A stretch of 64,000 bases of DNA, from assembly GCA_028279365.1 (NCBI GenBank), contig JANQNX010000010.1, positions 20,206 to 84,205 on the forward strand, read 5' to 3'. Shown here piece by piece: positions 9,345 through 18,989 of the stretch (position 1 is its first letter; each line of letters opens with the position of its first letter). The notes beneath the pieces were generated by a model. The model was not told the origin of the DNA. It saw nothing but the letters and a program-made list of their open reading frames with translations, and made no database searches. The DNA comes from Gammaproteobacteria bacterium. Lineage in GTDB: Bacteria; Pseudomonadota; Gammaproteobacteria; Eutrophobiales; Eutrophobiaceae. Both the position numbers and the translations under genes were made by a program.

Positions 9345-10355
9345 TTAGTTATCATTCAGCGATGCTGCTAAGAGTTCCATACCTTTAGAGATAGACACCG
9401 CAGGTGAATAATTCAACTCCTTTTTCGCCGCGGACAAATCAAACCAATGGTGTGTAGAAAGCTGTCGCGCGACAAAACGCGTCATGATCGGTTCCTCTTG
9501 TCTACCGAGTAAACGATAAATCGTTTCCAAAACTGCACCCACAGCAAAGGCAAGCCCAACAGGAACTGTTTTAGTAACAGCCGGTAAGTTGGCAGCCGTC
9601 AATATTTGATTAAGCAAACGTTTCATTTCGATAGGTTCATCATTACTAATAAAATAGGCACGCCCGTTAGCGTTTGGATTCGTTTCTAATGCCGTTAATG
9701 CTTGAATATGTGCCAGCGCCGCATTATCAATATAACAAGAGTCCACTTTATTATCGCCATTACCAACCAGTTTCAATTTACCCATGCTGGCTCGCTCAAT
9801 CACCCTGGGGACTAAATGCGGATCGCCCGGCCCCCAGATTAAATGGGGTCGTAGGGCTATGGTTTTTAATGCATCAGAATTAGCTTTCAACACAAGCTGT
9901 TCGGCTTTAGCTTTGGTTTTTTGGTAGACATTAAAAAAATGATTCGAGTAAGGCTCAGTCTCATCTATACCCTCTTCATCCGTGCCATCAAATACCACAC
10001 TGGGCGTACTGGTATAGATTAAGTATTCGATCTTATTCTCATCACAGGCAGTCAGTACATTCTCAGTCGCGATAACATTCGCTTCATAGTAATCCTGCTC
10101 ATCACCCCATACGCCCGCCTTGGCCGCCACATGAAATATGGCATCGCAACCAACGCTGGCCTGTATCACTTCATCCCTGTTTTTTAAATTCCCGATAACA
10201 GTCTCCGCACCCCACTCGCGAAGCTGTGGATAATCACCACGCTGATAAGTGATTACCTGATGCTGTTGATCAAGCAATTGTCGAACAATGGCCTTGCCTA
10301 AAAATCCACCACCGCCTGTGACTAACAGTCTCATCCGATTTGTGTTGCTGCCCAC
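9345..10355 (-). CDS. NAD(P)-dependent epimerase/dehydratase, 3beta-hydroxysteroid dehydrogenase family reductase (OleD-like)
   Basis: 336 aa. N-terminal Rossmann fold LLVTGGGGFLGKAIVRQLL. YxxxK-type catalytic region (YQKTKAKAE). Lies immediately downstream of, and overlapping, the OleC-like gene. Confidence 0.75.
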   Translation of the reverse strand: MGSNTNRMRLLVTGGGGFLGKAIVRQLLDQQHQVITYQRGDYPQLREWGAETVIGNLKNRDEVIQASVGCDAIFHVAAKAGVWGDEQDYYEANVIATENVLTACDENKIEYLIYTSTPSVVFDGTDEEGIDETEPYSNHFFNVYQKTKAKAEQLVLKANSDALKTIALRPHLIWGPGDPHLVPRVIERASMGKLKLVGNGDNKVDSCYIDNAALAHIQALTALETNPNANGRAYFISNDEPIEMKRLLNQILTAANLPAVTKTVPVGLAFAVGAVLETIYRLLGRQEEPIMTRFVARQLSTHHWFDLSAAKKELNYSPAVSISKGMELLAASLNDN

Positions 10356-11989
10356 ACAGCCAGTTTTTCGCGACCAATCTTGGCATTGTGTCGAATATCA
10401 ACTGGAAACGAAGGGTGAAACAATACAGTCTCTATCAATCCAGTTATATCATGTTGTTTTGCTAACTCGAGCAATTGTTTGGTTAATTGGTTTTTATCCG
10501 GCTGTTGTTGATCGACTTCAAGCTCCACACAAATGATCGGCCTGGTCTTATCTGCCTGGGTTACGCCGATCAGTGCCGAACGAAACACGTCGGGATGTGC
10601 ATTAAATATCCCCTCACAACATGCCGTATGCAATGTCACACCATCGACCTCGACCCGTTGACTCTTACGACCGCAAAACCAGAGCCGACCCTGTTCGTCA
10701 AGATAGCCAGTATCACCCATGCGATGATAGAAACCATCCTCGTCATATATCTTGGCCAGTTCTGTTGCGCTGTGTCGATTGTAATACGCGTGCGTGACTT
10801 GTGAGCCTTTAACACATATCTCACCAATTTGATTTGCGCCTAACTTTTCAATTGATGACCATTGCTTAATGACGTCATCGGTAATGTTTATGATTTCGAC
10901 GTTAATACCCTCAACCGGTTTGCCGACACACACACCTTTGCCAGTTGCGGTCATCTCAGCCGTTTCAGTCAAGACTTCGTGACTGCCTATCGAACTGACC
11001 GGGAGTGATTCGGTAGCGCCATAGGGCGTATAGATTTGTGTTGTTTCATTTAATAAACATTGAAAATTGTTCAGGATAAGATCTGACACCGGTGCACCCG
11101 CCGACAATACCCTTTTTAATGTTTCAAAATGCAATGACGTGTTTTTCGCATACTTGCCAACGCGATTTAATAAGGCTGGGGAACCAAACATATTCGTGCA
11201 TCGATAATCCTTGATAGCCGCAATAATAGTTTCGGGATCAACATAACCCGGACGGGTAAAATCCATTTTAGGAATAATCGATGTCATACCCAGTGCCGGC
11301 GCAAATAAGGCAAATAAAGGAAATGTCGCTAGATCTACCTCACCCGCTTGAATGTTATACAGTGACTTTAGCGCATTTACCTGAGCGGTAAAATTTGCAT
11401 GCGTATACATGACACCTTTAGGAATTCCGGTACTGCCACTGGTAAATAAAATGGCGGCATCGTCCTCCGGCTGAGTATCGCGTTGAAAAGCATCATGAAT
11501 ATGGTTTTGTTTAGTCTGCTCTAAGGTAGTGAAAAAGGGTCGTAACAAAAAAGAACCGCCAACCAATATGGTGCGTTTGATGGTTTGTCTACCCCAGCCT
11601 AATATGAGTCTTGCCAGCTGTGCAGATGGAATACCAATAAACGCGTCCGGCTCAGCCTCTTCCAGACACTTACCCAGGTTTTTCATCCCTATACCGGGAT
11701 CAACGGCAACCAGTATCGCTTCGACTTTAAACAAGGCAAACACCAGTACAAAAAAATCCAGACCGGGTTTGACCATTAATACCGTACGTGTGCCCTTACC
11801 TATCCCTTGTTGCATTAAACCATGCGCAACCTGATCGCTTTGTTGATTCAGCTGCGCATAGTTAAGGCTGTGCTGATACTTGTTTTTGTCATCGTTAAGC
11901 ATTTGCTCAACGACAGCATACTGTTCTGGCGCGTGTTTGGCTCGTTCCGGAAGATGAGACGCGATGTTGGCAGTTATCATGGCAAACAA
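10331..11989 (-). CDS. AMP-dependent synthetase/ligase (acyl-adenylate forming; OleC-like)
   Basis: 552 aa. AMP-binding signature LFTSGSTGIPKGV and the C-terminal adenylation core. About 1 nt from the OleB-like stop. Confidence 0.8.
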   Translation of the reverse strand: MFAMITANIASHLPERAKHAPEQYAVVEQMLNDDKNKYQHSLNYAQLNQQSDQVAHGLMQQGIGKGTRTVLMVKPGLDFFVLVFALFKVEAILVAVDPGIGMKNLGKCLEEAEPDAFIGIPSAQLARLILGWGRQTIKRTILVGGSFLLRPFFTTLEQTKQNHIHDAFQRDTQPEDDAAILFTSGSTGIPKGVMYTHANFTAQVNALKSLYNIQAGEVDLATFPLFALFAPALGMTSIIPKMDFTRPGYVDPETIIAAIKDYRCTNMFGSPALLNRVGKYAKNTSLHFETLKRVLSAGAPVSDLILNNFQCLLNETTQIYTPYGATESLPVSSIGSHEVLTETAEMTATGKGVCVGKPVEGINVEIINITDDVIKQWSSIEKLGANQIGEICVKGSQVTHAYYNRHSATELAKIYDEDGFYHRMGDTGYLDEQGRLWFCGRKSQRVEVDGVTLHTACCEGIFNAHPDVFRSALIGVTQADKTRPIICVELEVDQQQPDKNQLTKQLLELAKQHDITGLIETVLFHPSFPVDIRHNAKIGREKLAVWAATQIG

Positions 11990-11990
11990 G

Positions 11991-12887
11991 CTATGCCTGC
12001 TGACTTACATGCTTCTCAAGAAAATCACTGATGACGGGAATCACTTCGTCGCCCGCATCTTCCAACAAGTAATGGCCAGCATCGTATTCATGATATTCCG
12101 CATTCGGGAAACGCTGTTTCCATTCGTTCAGAAAATCATGATCAAAGACAAAATCGTTCAAGCCCCAACAAACCATTAGTGGTAATGCTGAAAACTGTTG
12201 CAGATTTCGATCAACCTCATCAACAATGGAATAAGTCACATGCTGTTCATCTAACGGGATATCCTCAACAAAACGTAATACGGATAAGCGCGCCGCCCAA
12301 CAATCATGTGGGTAGAGATAAGCTGTCGCAACGGAGTTTGTCATCGGTGCGCGTGTCACACACTGCGTAACAGCTCCGCGACAAAAGGCATTGAAACCCT
12401 GAATTAATACTTTGCCTAATAGTGGAATACGACTTAACTTTAATTGCCACGGAATCGCTTTATTAGTAGGAATATGAAAACCGGCGGTATTAGAAACGAC
12501 CAGGCACTTTATCTTGTCCGGGTAACGTGTCGCATAAGTTAGACCAATCATGCCGCCCCAATCATGTACGATCAGGGTAATCTTGTCGCTGGTTTCCAGG
12601 CTGGACAATAACGCATCCAGATCATCGACCCGTTGTTGTAGGGTAAACGAATAATTGCTATCCGATGGCTTATCGGATAAACCCATACCAATGTGATCCG
12701 GCACAACACAATGATACTGTTCTGTCAGTTTAGTAAACAGCTTTCGATAGTAAAACGACCAGCTCGGATTACCATGTATCATGACCACGGTATCGGCATG
12801 CTTGATACCTCCTTCCAGATAATGCATACGAAGATGATTGACCGTGGTATAGCGAGACGAGTCAGACGGGTAATCCGGAAATTGCAT
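11991..12887 (-). CDS. Alpha/beta hydrolase of the haloalkane-dehalogenase-like subfamily (OleB-like)
   Basis: 298 aa. HGNPSWSFYYR oxyanion region. Asp nucleophile elbow VHDWGGMIGL. C-terminal catalytic His (AGHYLLED). Confidence 0.75.
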   Translation of the reverse strand: MQFPDYPSDSSRYTTVNHLRMHYLEGGIKHADTVVMIHGNPSWSFYYRKLFTKLTEQYHCVVPDHIGMGLSDKPSDSNYSFTLQQRVDDLDALLSSLETSDKITLIVHDWGGMIGLTYATRYPDKIKCLVVSNTAGFHIPTNKAIPWQLKLSRIPLLGKVLIQGFNAFCRGAVTQCVTRAPMTNSVATAYLYPHDCWAARLSVLRFVEDIPLDEQHVTYSIVDEVDRNLQQFSALPLMVCWGLNDFVFDHDFLNEWKQRFPNAEYHEYDAGHYLLEDAGDEVIPVISDFLEKHVSQQA

Positions 12888-12967
12888 AGGTTTTTTCGTT
12901 GGAAAGCGTTAACAGCTAGCTAGTTTACTGAATAATAAAGCAATCACCAAACCTGCAAGACGAGTAA

Positions 12968-15412
12968 CTAGTGCATAGGTGGCTTTAATAACAACACTAA
13001 TGCCGGTACCAGCAATAGATCACCGAGTAAGGCCACGAACATGGCAAAGCCGGTCAATAAACCAAAATAAATGGTCGGAATAAAATTGGAAAACGCCAAC
13101 AATGCGAAACCAAAGATAATGGCAGTCGATGTGTAATACATGGCCTTCCCTATGCCACCATGGCAACGGTTAATCGTTTCCAGGTAGTTATGATCCACCG
13201 GGAATTCCTGTTGTAATCGATGTATATAATGAATCGTATCATCCACCGAGATACCAATAGTAATCGCGGCGATAGTGATGGTCATCATATCCAGCGGGAT
13301 CGCTAAATACCCCATCAAGCCCAGGATTAATGCCGCCGAAAATATATTCGGAATAATCGCAATCAATGACAATGCCAGATTGCGAAACAATATAATGAAC
13401 ATAAACAGGATGGCAGCAAACACAGCGCCAATGGTCAGGATTTGCGAACGAAACAGACTTTGCAGCATGTTGTTATACAACACCAGCATACCGGTAAGCT
13501 GAACCTGATCCTTTTCAAAGCCTAATTCCTCGGTTAAATGTCGATCAATATCTTTCAACATCTGGTCGCGATTCAGGTTGGGATCAGACTCAATCACACG
13601 CATGCTAAAACGTGCCTGATTATTATCTTCCGAAAGATAAGGCCGAATCATATCGTCAGCAATCGATTGCGGCACGCGGTTATTAATAACAGCCAATTCA
13701 AAATCGTCCAACGGTTGGCCGTTCAGTTTCTCAACAATATCCATCGTTGTGACAATAGACAGCACCTTACCCATAGACGATACATTGCTCAGGTAATCAT
13801 TGACCTGCTGCGCTCGACGAATCATATCGGCATTCAACCAGTAACTCGGTTCCGGCTGACTATCATCAGCATCGAAAAACAAGGCATCCAATTCACTATC
13901 AGTCTCGGCCAACTCCTGCTGCACTTCAATGAAATCCCGATCAGGATCGATAATTAAATCGAGCGGCATGGTACCGCCAAGTTGATGATCAATAATCTGT
14001 AGGCCCTGATAAATTTCCGTATCCGATTTAAAGTTATTGATAAATCGATTTTCGACTTTTAATTCCGGGATACCGAGCGCAAACGAAACGATAAGCGTGA
14101 TACCCAGTGCGACAATCAGTTTGGGATGGTGATCGACTTTTTTAGCCAACCATAATGTGATTGCACGCGTAATATTTTTTCTGGTTGAAATATTCATTTC
14201 ACCAAACAGCGATAACAAGGCTGGCATAAAAGTAAAGCTGACGACAAACGCGACTGACAATCCAATCACCATGATCCAGCCAAAGTCGATGACCGGACGA
14301 ATCTCGCTGATCACCAATGATGCAAACGCAACCGCTGTCGTTAACACCGTATAAAAACACGGCCTTACCATCGATGCGACGGTTGCCTGAATCAACTCAT
14401 TATGCGTTAACGCAGGATGCTGCATTTGTAAATCGCGATAACGCACAATCAAATGAATGTTCAGCGATAGTGTAATGATTAACAGAATCGATAAAAAGTT
14501 TGATGAAATCACTGTCACCGGCCAGTCGTTAAATCCAAGTATCCCGGTAGTAATCAGACCGGTGATGGAACAGACCAGTAACGGCAAGATAACCCAGCGT
14601 GGGGAATGAAAGAACAGCGTTAGAATAATAATCAAAAATAAGACAATACCGCTGCCAAATACAATCAGATCATTTTGAATAAACTGCAACATGTCGACCG
14701 TTATCATCGGAATGCCACCCAGATAGAGCTGACCGAATTCACGATGATTATCAATAATCGCGCGAATAGCAGCGATATCAATTTCGCGTTGTTCATTAAA
14801 CAACCTGTTCTGCACGCTTATCTGCTGATTAAGCAGTGTCAGGTCTTCCCCTTTTTCCCGAGCAGCATCGCGTTTATCCAGTAAGTCATAATAATCGTTA
14901 TGCCGTTTAAACAAGGCCTGTATCGCAGTAATTTTGCCATCGTTGCTAACCAGTAAATTCTGATACAGTGGATTATGCTGGAACTCTTCTTTTGCCAGCG
15001 CTATATCAACGTTGTTGTTTGATAACATCGGTAAAGTCGATTGTAATTCCGACAGTGATAATCCCGATTGATAAATAATCGGTACATCAAGAATGGACGT
15101 GACCGATTCGATATTATCAAGACGCAGTAATTCTGTTTTTATCGATTCAATCGCCGCCAACGACTCCTCAGCAAATAAACCCGTATTCGGCGCAAACGTA
15201 ATGATGACAAAATCATCCGAGCCGTAACGCTTGGTGATTTCTCGGTAATAATCGAGGCTGGCATCATTTTCCAATACCAGTGAATCGGCAGATGCATCCA
15301 GTCTGAATGACTGGGCGTAATTTGCCGCGAGGATAATAAACAGTAAATAACAAAACAAAACCCATAACGGCTTTTGCAGCACTAGCCGCTGAAAGGTTGC
15401 TGGTAAATTCAC
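12968..15412 (-). CDS. RND-superfamily MMPL-type lipid exporter (HpnN-like)
   Basis: 814 aa. Two blocks of about 6 TM helices, each followed by a large periplasmic loop. Confidence 0.8.
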   Translation of the reverse strand: MNLPATFQRLVLQKPLWVLFCYLLFIILAANYAQSFRLDASADSLVLENDASLDYYREITKRYGSDDFVIITFAPNTGLFAEESLAAIESIKTELLRLDNIESVTSILDVPIIYQSGLSLSELQSTLPMLSNNNVDIALAKEEFQHNPLYQNLLVSNDGKITAIQALFKRHNDYYDLLDKRDAAREKGEDLTLLNQQISVQNRLFNEQREIDIAAIRAIIDNHREFGQLYLGGIPMITVDMLQFIQNDLIVFGSGIVLFLIIILTLFFHSPRWVILPLLVCSITGLITTGILGFNDWPVTVISSNFLSILLIITLSLNIHLIVRYRDLQMQHPALTHNELIQATVASMVRPCFYTVLTTAVAFASLVISEIRPVIDFGWIMVIGLSVAFVVSFTFMPALLSLFGEMNISTRKNITRAITLWLAKKVDHHPKLIVALGITLIVSFALGIPELKVENRFINNFKSDTEIYQGLQIIDHQLGGTMPLDLIIDPDRDFIEVQQELAETDSELDALFFDADDSQPEPSYWLNADMIRRAQQVNDYLSNVSSMGKVLSIVTTMDIVEKLNGQPLDDFELAVINNRVPQSIADDMIRPYLSEDNNQARFSMRVIESDPNLNRDQMLKDIDRHLTEELGFEKDQVQLTGMLVLYNNMLQSLFRSQILTIGAVFAAILFMFIILFRNLALSLIAIIPNIFSAALILGLMGYLAIPLDMMTITIAAITIGISVDDTIHYIHRLQQEFPVDHNYLETINRCHGGIGKAMYYTSTAIIFGFALLAFSNFIPTIYFGLLTGFAMFVALLGDLLLVPALVLLLKPPMH

Positions 15413-15425
15413 GTTGCTTAACGAA

Positions 15426-16046
15426 TCAGGGGATTACACTGCACTCTGAAAAACTCTGCGAAAAACCAAAGATGCCCTGATGTTTCACTTTTCGCGCGAA
15501 GATTTTTTTATAGGTCTTGACCAAACTGACATTATCAATCACTAAATCTACTACCTTCCAGCTGTCACCATCAGGGCGCATAGGATATTTGATGGTCAGG
15601 GGTTTTGTCTCCGGACGAGTCAAGGTCTGGGTGATAGAAATATAATCTTTTCTTGCTTCCGGTATTGCAGATTGATAACTGATATTCTGGTTACGGTAAG
15701 CCAGTAACACATAAGCATAACGTTCAATTAATAAATTACGAAAACCGGCGCTGACACAGGTTTGCAAGTCATGATCTAATTGCTTCCAGTCTGATGACAG
15801 CGTCATTGCGGTCATCATGGTAAAATCCATGTGCGGTACGATTAACTCTCTTACGATCTGTTTGATTTGTGCCGGGTCACGTTCCAGTGCCTGTTGTTCG
15901 GATTCGAGTCGTTGTAATACTTCCTGTGTCGTATCGTAGACAATTTCATCCGCTGACAATGCAAGCACATGATTTGGGATCAAACTGATTAGCATTAAAA
16001 CAAATAACAATGAACCCACTACCGTTAGATCTGTTGTCTTCCCCAT
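15426..16046 (-). CDS. MlaC/Ttg2D-family periplasmic lipid-binding protein (HpnM-like)
   Basis: 206 aa with signal peptide. C-terminal WKVVDLVIDNVSLVKTYKKIF matches the MlaC core (WKVYDV…GVSLV…YR.QF). 13 nt upstream of the MMPL gene on the same strand. Confidence 0.65.
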   Translation of the reverse strand: MGKTTDLTVVGSLLFVLMLISLIPNHVLALSADEIVYDTTQEVLQRLESEQQALERDPAQIKQIVRELIVPHMDFTMMTAMTLSSDWKQLDHDLQTCVSAGFRNLLIERYAYVLLAYRNQNISYQSAIPEARKDYISITQTLTRPETKPLTIKYPMRPDGDSWKVVDLVIDNVSLVKTYKKIFARKVKHQGIFGFSQSFSECSVIP

Positions 16047-16148
16047 CTTCTAACCCACCTTTTTTAACCTATTAATCATTTAGTATTACTCCATGAACAT
16101 TGGGCCACCTTGATCAAGATCAAGCATCTTTCCGGCACAATACGTAAG

Positions 16149-16529
16149 CTATTCTGAATTTAACCAGGCTCTGGCCTCGTCAATTTGATCCAGTGAAAAA
16201 ACCCTGACCTTGCAAGGAAGAAATGCACCGGCTGCCTTACTAAAAGGACCAATCCAGCCTGAATCCGTCAATACGGCACAATGACTGAAATCCTTCATAT
16301 GCTCAATATCAAATAATATCCCTTCCCATAGTACAGATGGATCAAAACCATCAAATTCACGAATCTCTTCCAATAATTTTATCTTACCGTAGTTATCGAT
16401 AAGCTCTTCCATCTCATCCGCAACGCGATCAAAATCCTGCTGTGTAATTTTTCCATCAACAATAATCTCAATCCTTTTTTCCTCCGGGAAGATACTGTAT
16501 TCCGTTGCCATGATAAACCTCCTGCCCAT
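16149..16529 (-). CDS. STAS/SpoIIAA-like (DUF3478-type) small protein
   Basis: 126 aa. Size and predicted beta-alpha arrangement are STAS-like. Sits upstream of the MlaC-like/MMPL genes. Confidence 0.5.
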   Translation of the reverse strand: MGRRFIMATEYSIFPEEKRIEIIVDGKITQQDFDRVADEMEELIDNYGKIKLLEEIREFDGFDPSVLWEGILFDIEHMKDFSHCAVLTDSGWIGPFSKAAGAFLPCKVRVFSLDQIDEARAWLNSE

Positions 16530-16642
16530 ACGAGCATTCGTTTTCTATGCGCAAGATATGGTATAAATTAATCTAATAATAATGAATTAAAATTATAACG
16601 CTCATTATTCTTTTCGAATGATTCCACCTGACTATTCTATCC

Positions 16643-17839
16643 ATGTTATATGACGTCATTATTATCGGTGCGGGCGCATCCGGGCTGTTATGCGCAATCA
16701 CGGCCGGTCAACGTGGACGCAATGTGTTGGTATTGGATAGCAGTAACAAGGTTGGCAAAAAGATACTGATGTCCGGTGGTGGACGATGCAATTTTACTAA
16801 CCTCAATATCCAACCCGAGCGTTTCCTGTCGCATAACCCGCATTTTTGCAAATCGGCACTGAGCCAATATACACAATGGGATTTCATCCAACTGGTAGAA
16901 AAACACGATATTGCCTATGAAGAACGCAAGCATGGGCAATTATTTTGCCAACACTCTTCCAGGGATATCTTGGCGATGCTGGTCAGAGAATGTGAGCCAC
17001 TGCCTGTCACCATACAAACGCATTGCAATGTTGAAACAGTCTCGGCTGTCCCTGATGAAGATAATGGAAACACGTATTATCTAAATACCAATCTTGGAAA
17101 ATTCAGCGCCGGCAGTCTCGTTATTGCATCCGGTGGCCTCTCGATTCCGAAAATGGGCGCGACCAATTTTGGCTATCGTATCGCCAAACAATTTAAGCTC
17201 GCTGTGCATCCTACCCGTGCCGGCCTGGTGCCGTTCACTTTCAGCGATCATTTCAAACAAATATTTGCGCGCCTGTCCGGTGTATCTCAGGCAACGACAT
17301 TATCAAATACCCGAGCCACGTTTCAGGAAAACATTCTTTTTACCCACCGAGGACTAAGCGGTCCGGCCGCATTGCAACTCTCCAGCTATTGGCAGGAAGG
17401 CGAGACGATTAACGTGGATTTATTAATGCACGACATGACAGATGCATTGCTTGATGCGAAACGACAAAACCCTAACATGCTGCTGCGGAATATCTTTGCC
17501 TCGTATTTCACCAAGACATTAATTTCAGAACTGGAAACTTTATTCTGGCCGGACTGGCAACACAAACCGATTGCCGACATTCCCGACAGAGTGTTGAAAA
17601 CGATCAGTCATCATTTATCAAACTGGCAGTTAACCCCCTCCGGCACAGAAGGTTATCGAACAGCCGAAGTCACGCTGGGCGGTGTCGACACTGATTATTT
17701 ATCCTCTAAAACGATGGAATGCAAGCATCAGCCAGGACTTTATTTCATCGGTGAAGTGGTTGATTTAACGGGACATTTGGGCGGCTATAACTTCCAATGG
17801 GCCTGGTCTTCTGGCCATGTTGCTGGCTTAAGTGTCTAG
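16643..17839 (+). CDS. HI0933/YhiN-family FAD-dependent flavoprotein (BaiN-like)
   Basis: 398 aa. N-terminal FAD fold DVIIIGAGASGLLCAI and GGGRCNFTN motif. Confidence 0.85.
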   Translation: MLYDVIIIGAGASGLLCAITAGQRGRNVLVLDSSNKVGKKILMSGGGRCNFTNLNIQPERFLSHNPHFCKSALSQYTQWDFIQLVEKHDIAYEERKHGQLFCQHSSRDILAMLVRECEPLPVTIQTHCNVETVSAVPDEDNGNTYYLNTNLGKFSAGSLVIASGGLSIPKMGATNFGYRIAKQFKLAVHPTRAGLVPFTFSDHFKQIFARLSGVSQATTLSNTRATFQENILFTHRGLSGPAALQLSSYWQEGETINVDLLMHDMTDALLDAKRQNPNMLLRNIFASYFTKTLISELETLFWPDWQHKPIADIPDRVLKTISHHLSNWQLTPSGTEGYRTAEVTLGGVDTDYLSSKTMECKHQPGLYFIGEVVDLTGHLGGYNFQWAWSSGHVAGLSV

Positions 17840-17950
17840 GTAATTAAAGACATCTTGTATTTTGCCGTTATTAGTCCTAGAAGCGAAAAAAGCGTAATTA
17901 GCTAGTTCAGCGGTTACATATAAACCAACACTTAAATAAGAGTAAATACT

Positions 17951-18871
17951 ATGTCGAATAAAATTCTCTATATATTAGTACCTGATGATCATATCAGTCC
18001 ATTTGACGTAACGCTGGCCACTGATGCGGGTTTCACCCAAATCCTTCCATTTACTGGCGTTGAAATTAAAGACGTCATGCCGATGGTACAGGATGCGATT
18101 TTCTGTCGTCCTCCTAAACGATTTAACGATACTGGCATATTCATCGGTGGTCGTGATGTGCATATGGCAACCGACATGTTCCAGAATGCAAAGAATGCCA
18201 TGGTAGGAGATTTTCAGGTAGGGGTATTCGCCGATCCGAATGGTGCCTACACTACATCAGGCAGTATTGTTGCCCTCGTCGAACAATCCCTTGAAATGAA
18301 AACCGGTAGTGGGCTGAAAGGTCGTTCTGTGGCTGTCTTCGGCACCGGGCCAGTGGGGTTATCTGCCGCGGTTTTGAGTGCGCAAGAAGGGGCAGTCCCC
18401 ATGTTATGTCAGCTAACCGCTGATGATGATAAAGATGTTGCCAATCGTTTCTGCGAACGCTTTAATGTGAATGTTCCCTGGGTTAGCGCACAAACACATG
18501 AAGAAAAAGTCGAGATTGTAAAATCTGCTGAAGTGATTATCAGTGCTGCTAAAGCTGGTATTCGCATATTAGGAAAAGAAGAACTCGATTACGCGGAAAA
18601 CCTGTTAGTGGCTGCGGACACCAATGCAGTCCCTCCTTCAGGTATTGAAGGGATTGATGCACATGATAAACATAAAAATGTGAAAATGGAGAAAGCAGAG
18701 TTTAATGGTATCGGCTCTTTAGCTATCGGCAACCTGAAATACAAGACACAATTTGGTCTGTTTGAACAAATTCAGCAGGCTGAAACAGCCGCGTTACTGG
18801 ATTTTAGAGAAGCTTATGAATACGCGGCAACCGAGTTACACCGAGCCGACAAGAAAAAACAGGCCGCATAG
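17951..18871 (+). CDS. NAD(P)-dependent methylene-tetrahydromethanopterin dehydrogenase (MtdA/MtdB family)
   Basis: 306 aa. Colinear with the Mtd family as I recall it: ILYILVPDDHISPFDV…IFIGGRDV…GRSVAVFGTGPVGLSAA…IDAHDKHKN. Confidence 0.7.
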   Translation: MSNKILYILVPDDHISPFDVTLATDAGFTQILPFTGVEIKDVMPMVQDAIFCRPPKRFNDTGIFIGGRDVHMATDMFQNAKNAMVGDFQVGVFADPNGAYTTSGSIVALVEQSLEMKTGSGLKGRSVAVFGTGPVGLSAAVLSAQEGAVPMLCQLTADDDKDVANRFCERFNVNVPWVSAQTHEEKVEIVKSAEVIISAAKAGIRILGKEELDYAENLLVAADTNAVPPSGIEGIDAHDKHKNVKMEKAEFNGIGSLAIGNLKYKTQFGLFEQIQQAETAALLDFREAYEYAATELHRADKKKQAA

Positions 18872-18989
18872 CGCATGTCATTGAACAAGGATGTTCAATC
18901 AACTTTTAAGCTTTAATACTAATACCCCCTTCCCTACTTAAACGCATTAACGGGTTTCTATCTTGCACTAATACTTATACTATTAGTAC

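Noticed and set aside
16688-17580. Minus-strand ORFs 16688-16939 and 17386-17580, and plus-strand 17094-17357, inside the HI0933 flavoprotein gene
   Set aside because: Overlap a well-supported CDS. No independent evidence.
18880-18901. Palindrome TTGAACA-agga-TGTTCAA right after the mtd stop as a terminator
   Set aside because: The stem is AT-rich and not followed by a convincing U-tract. It could equally be a protein-binding site. Left as an uncertain note only.
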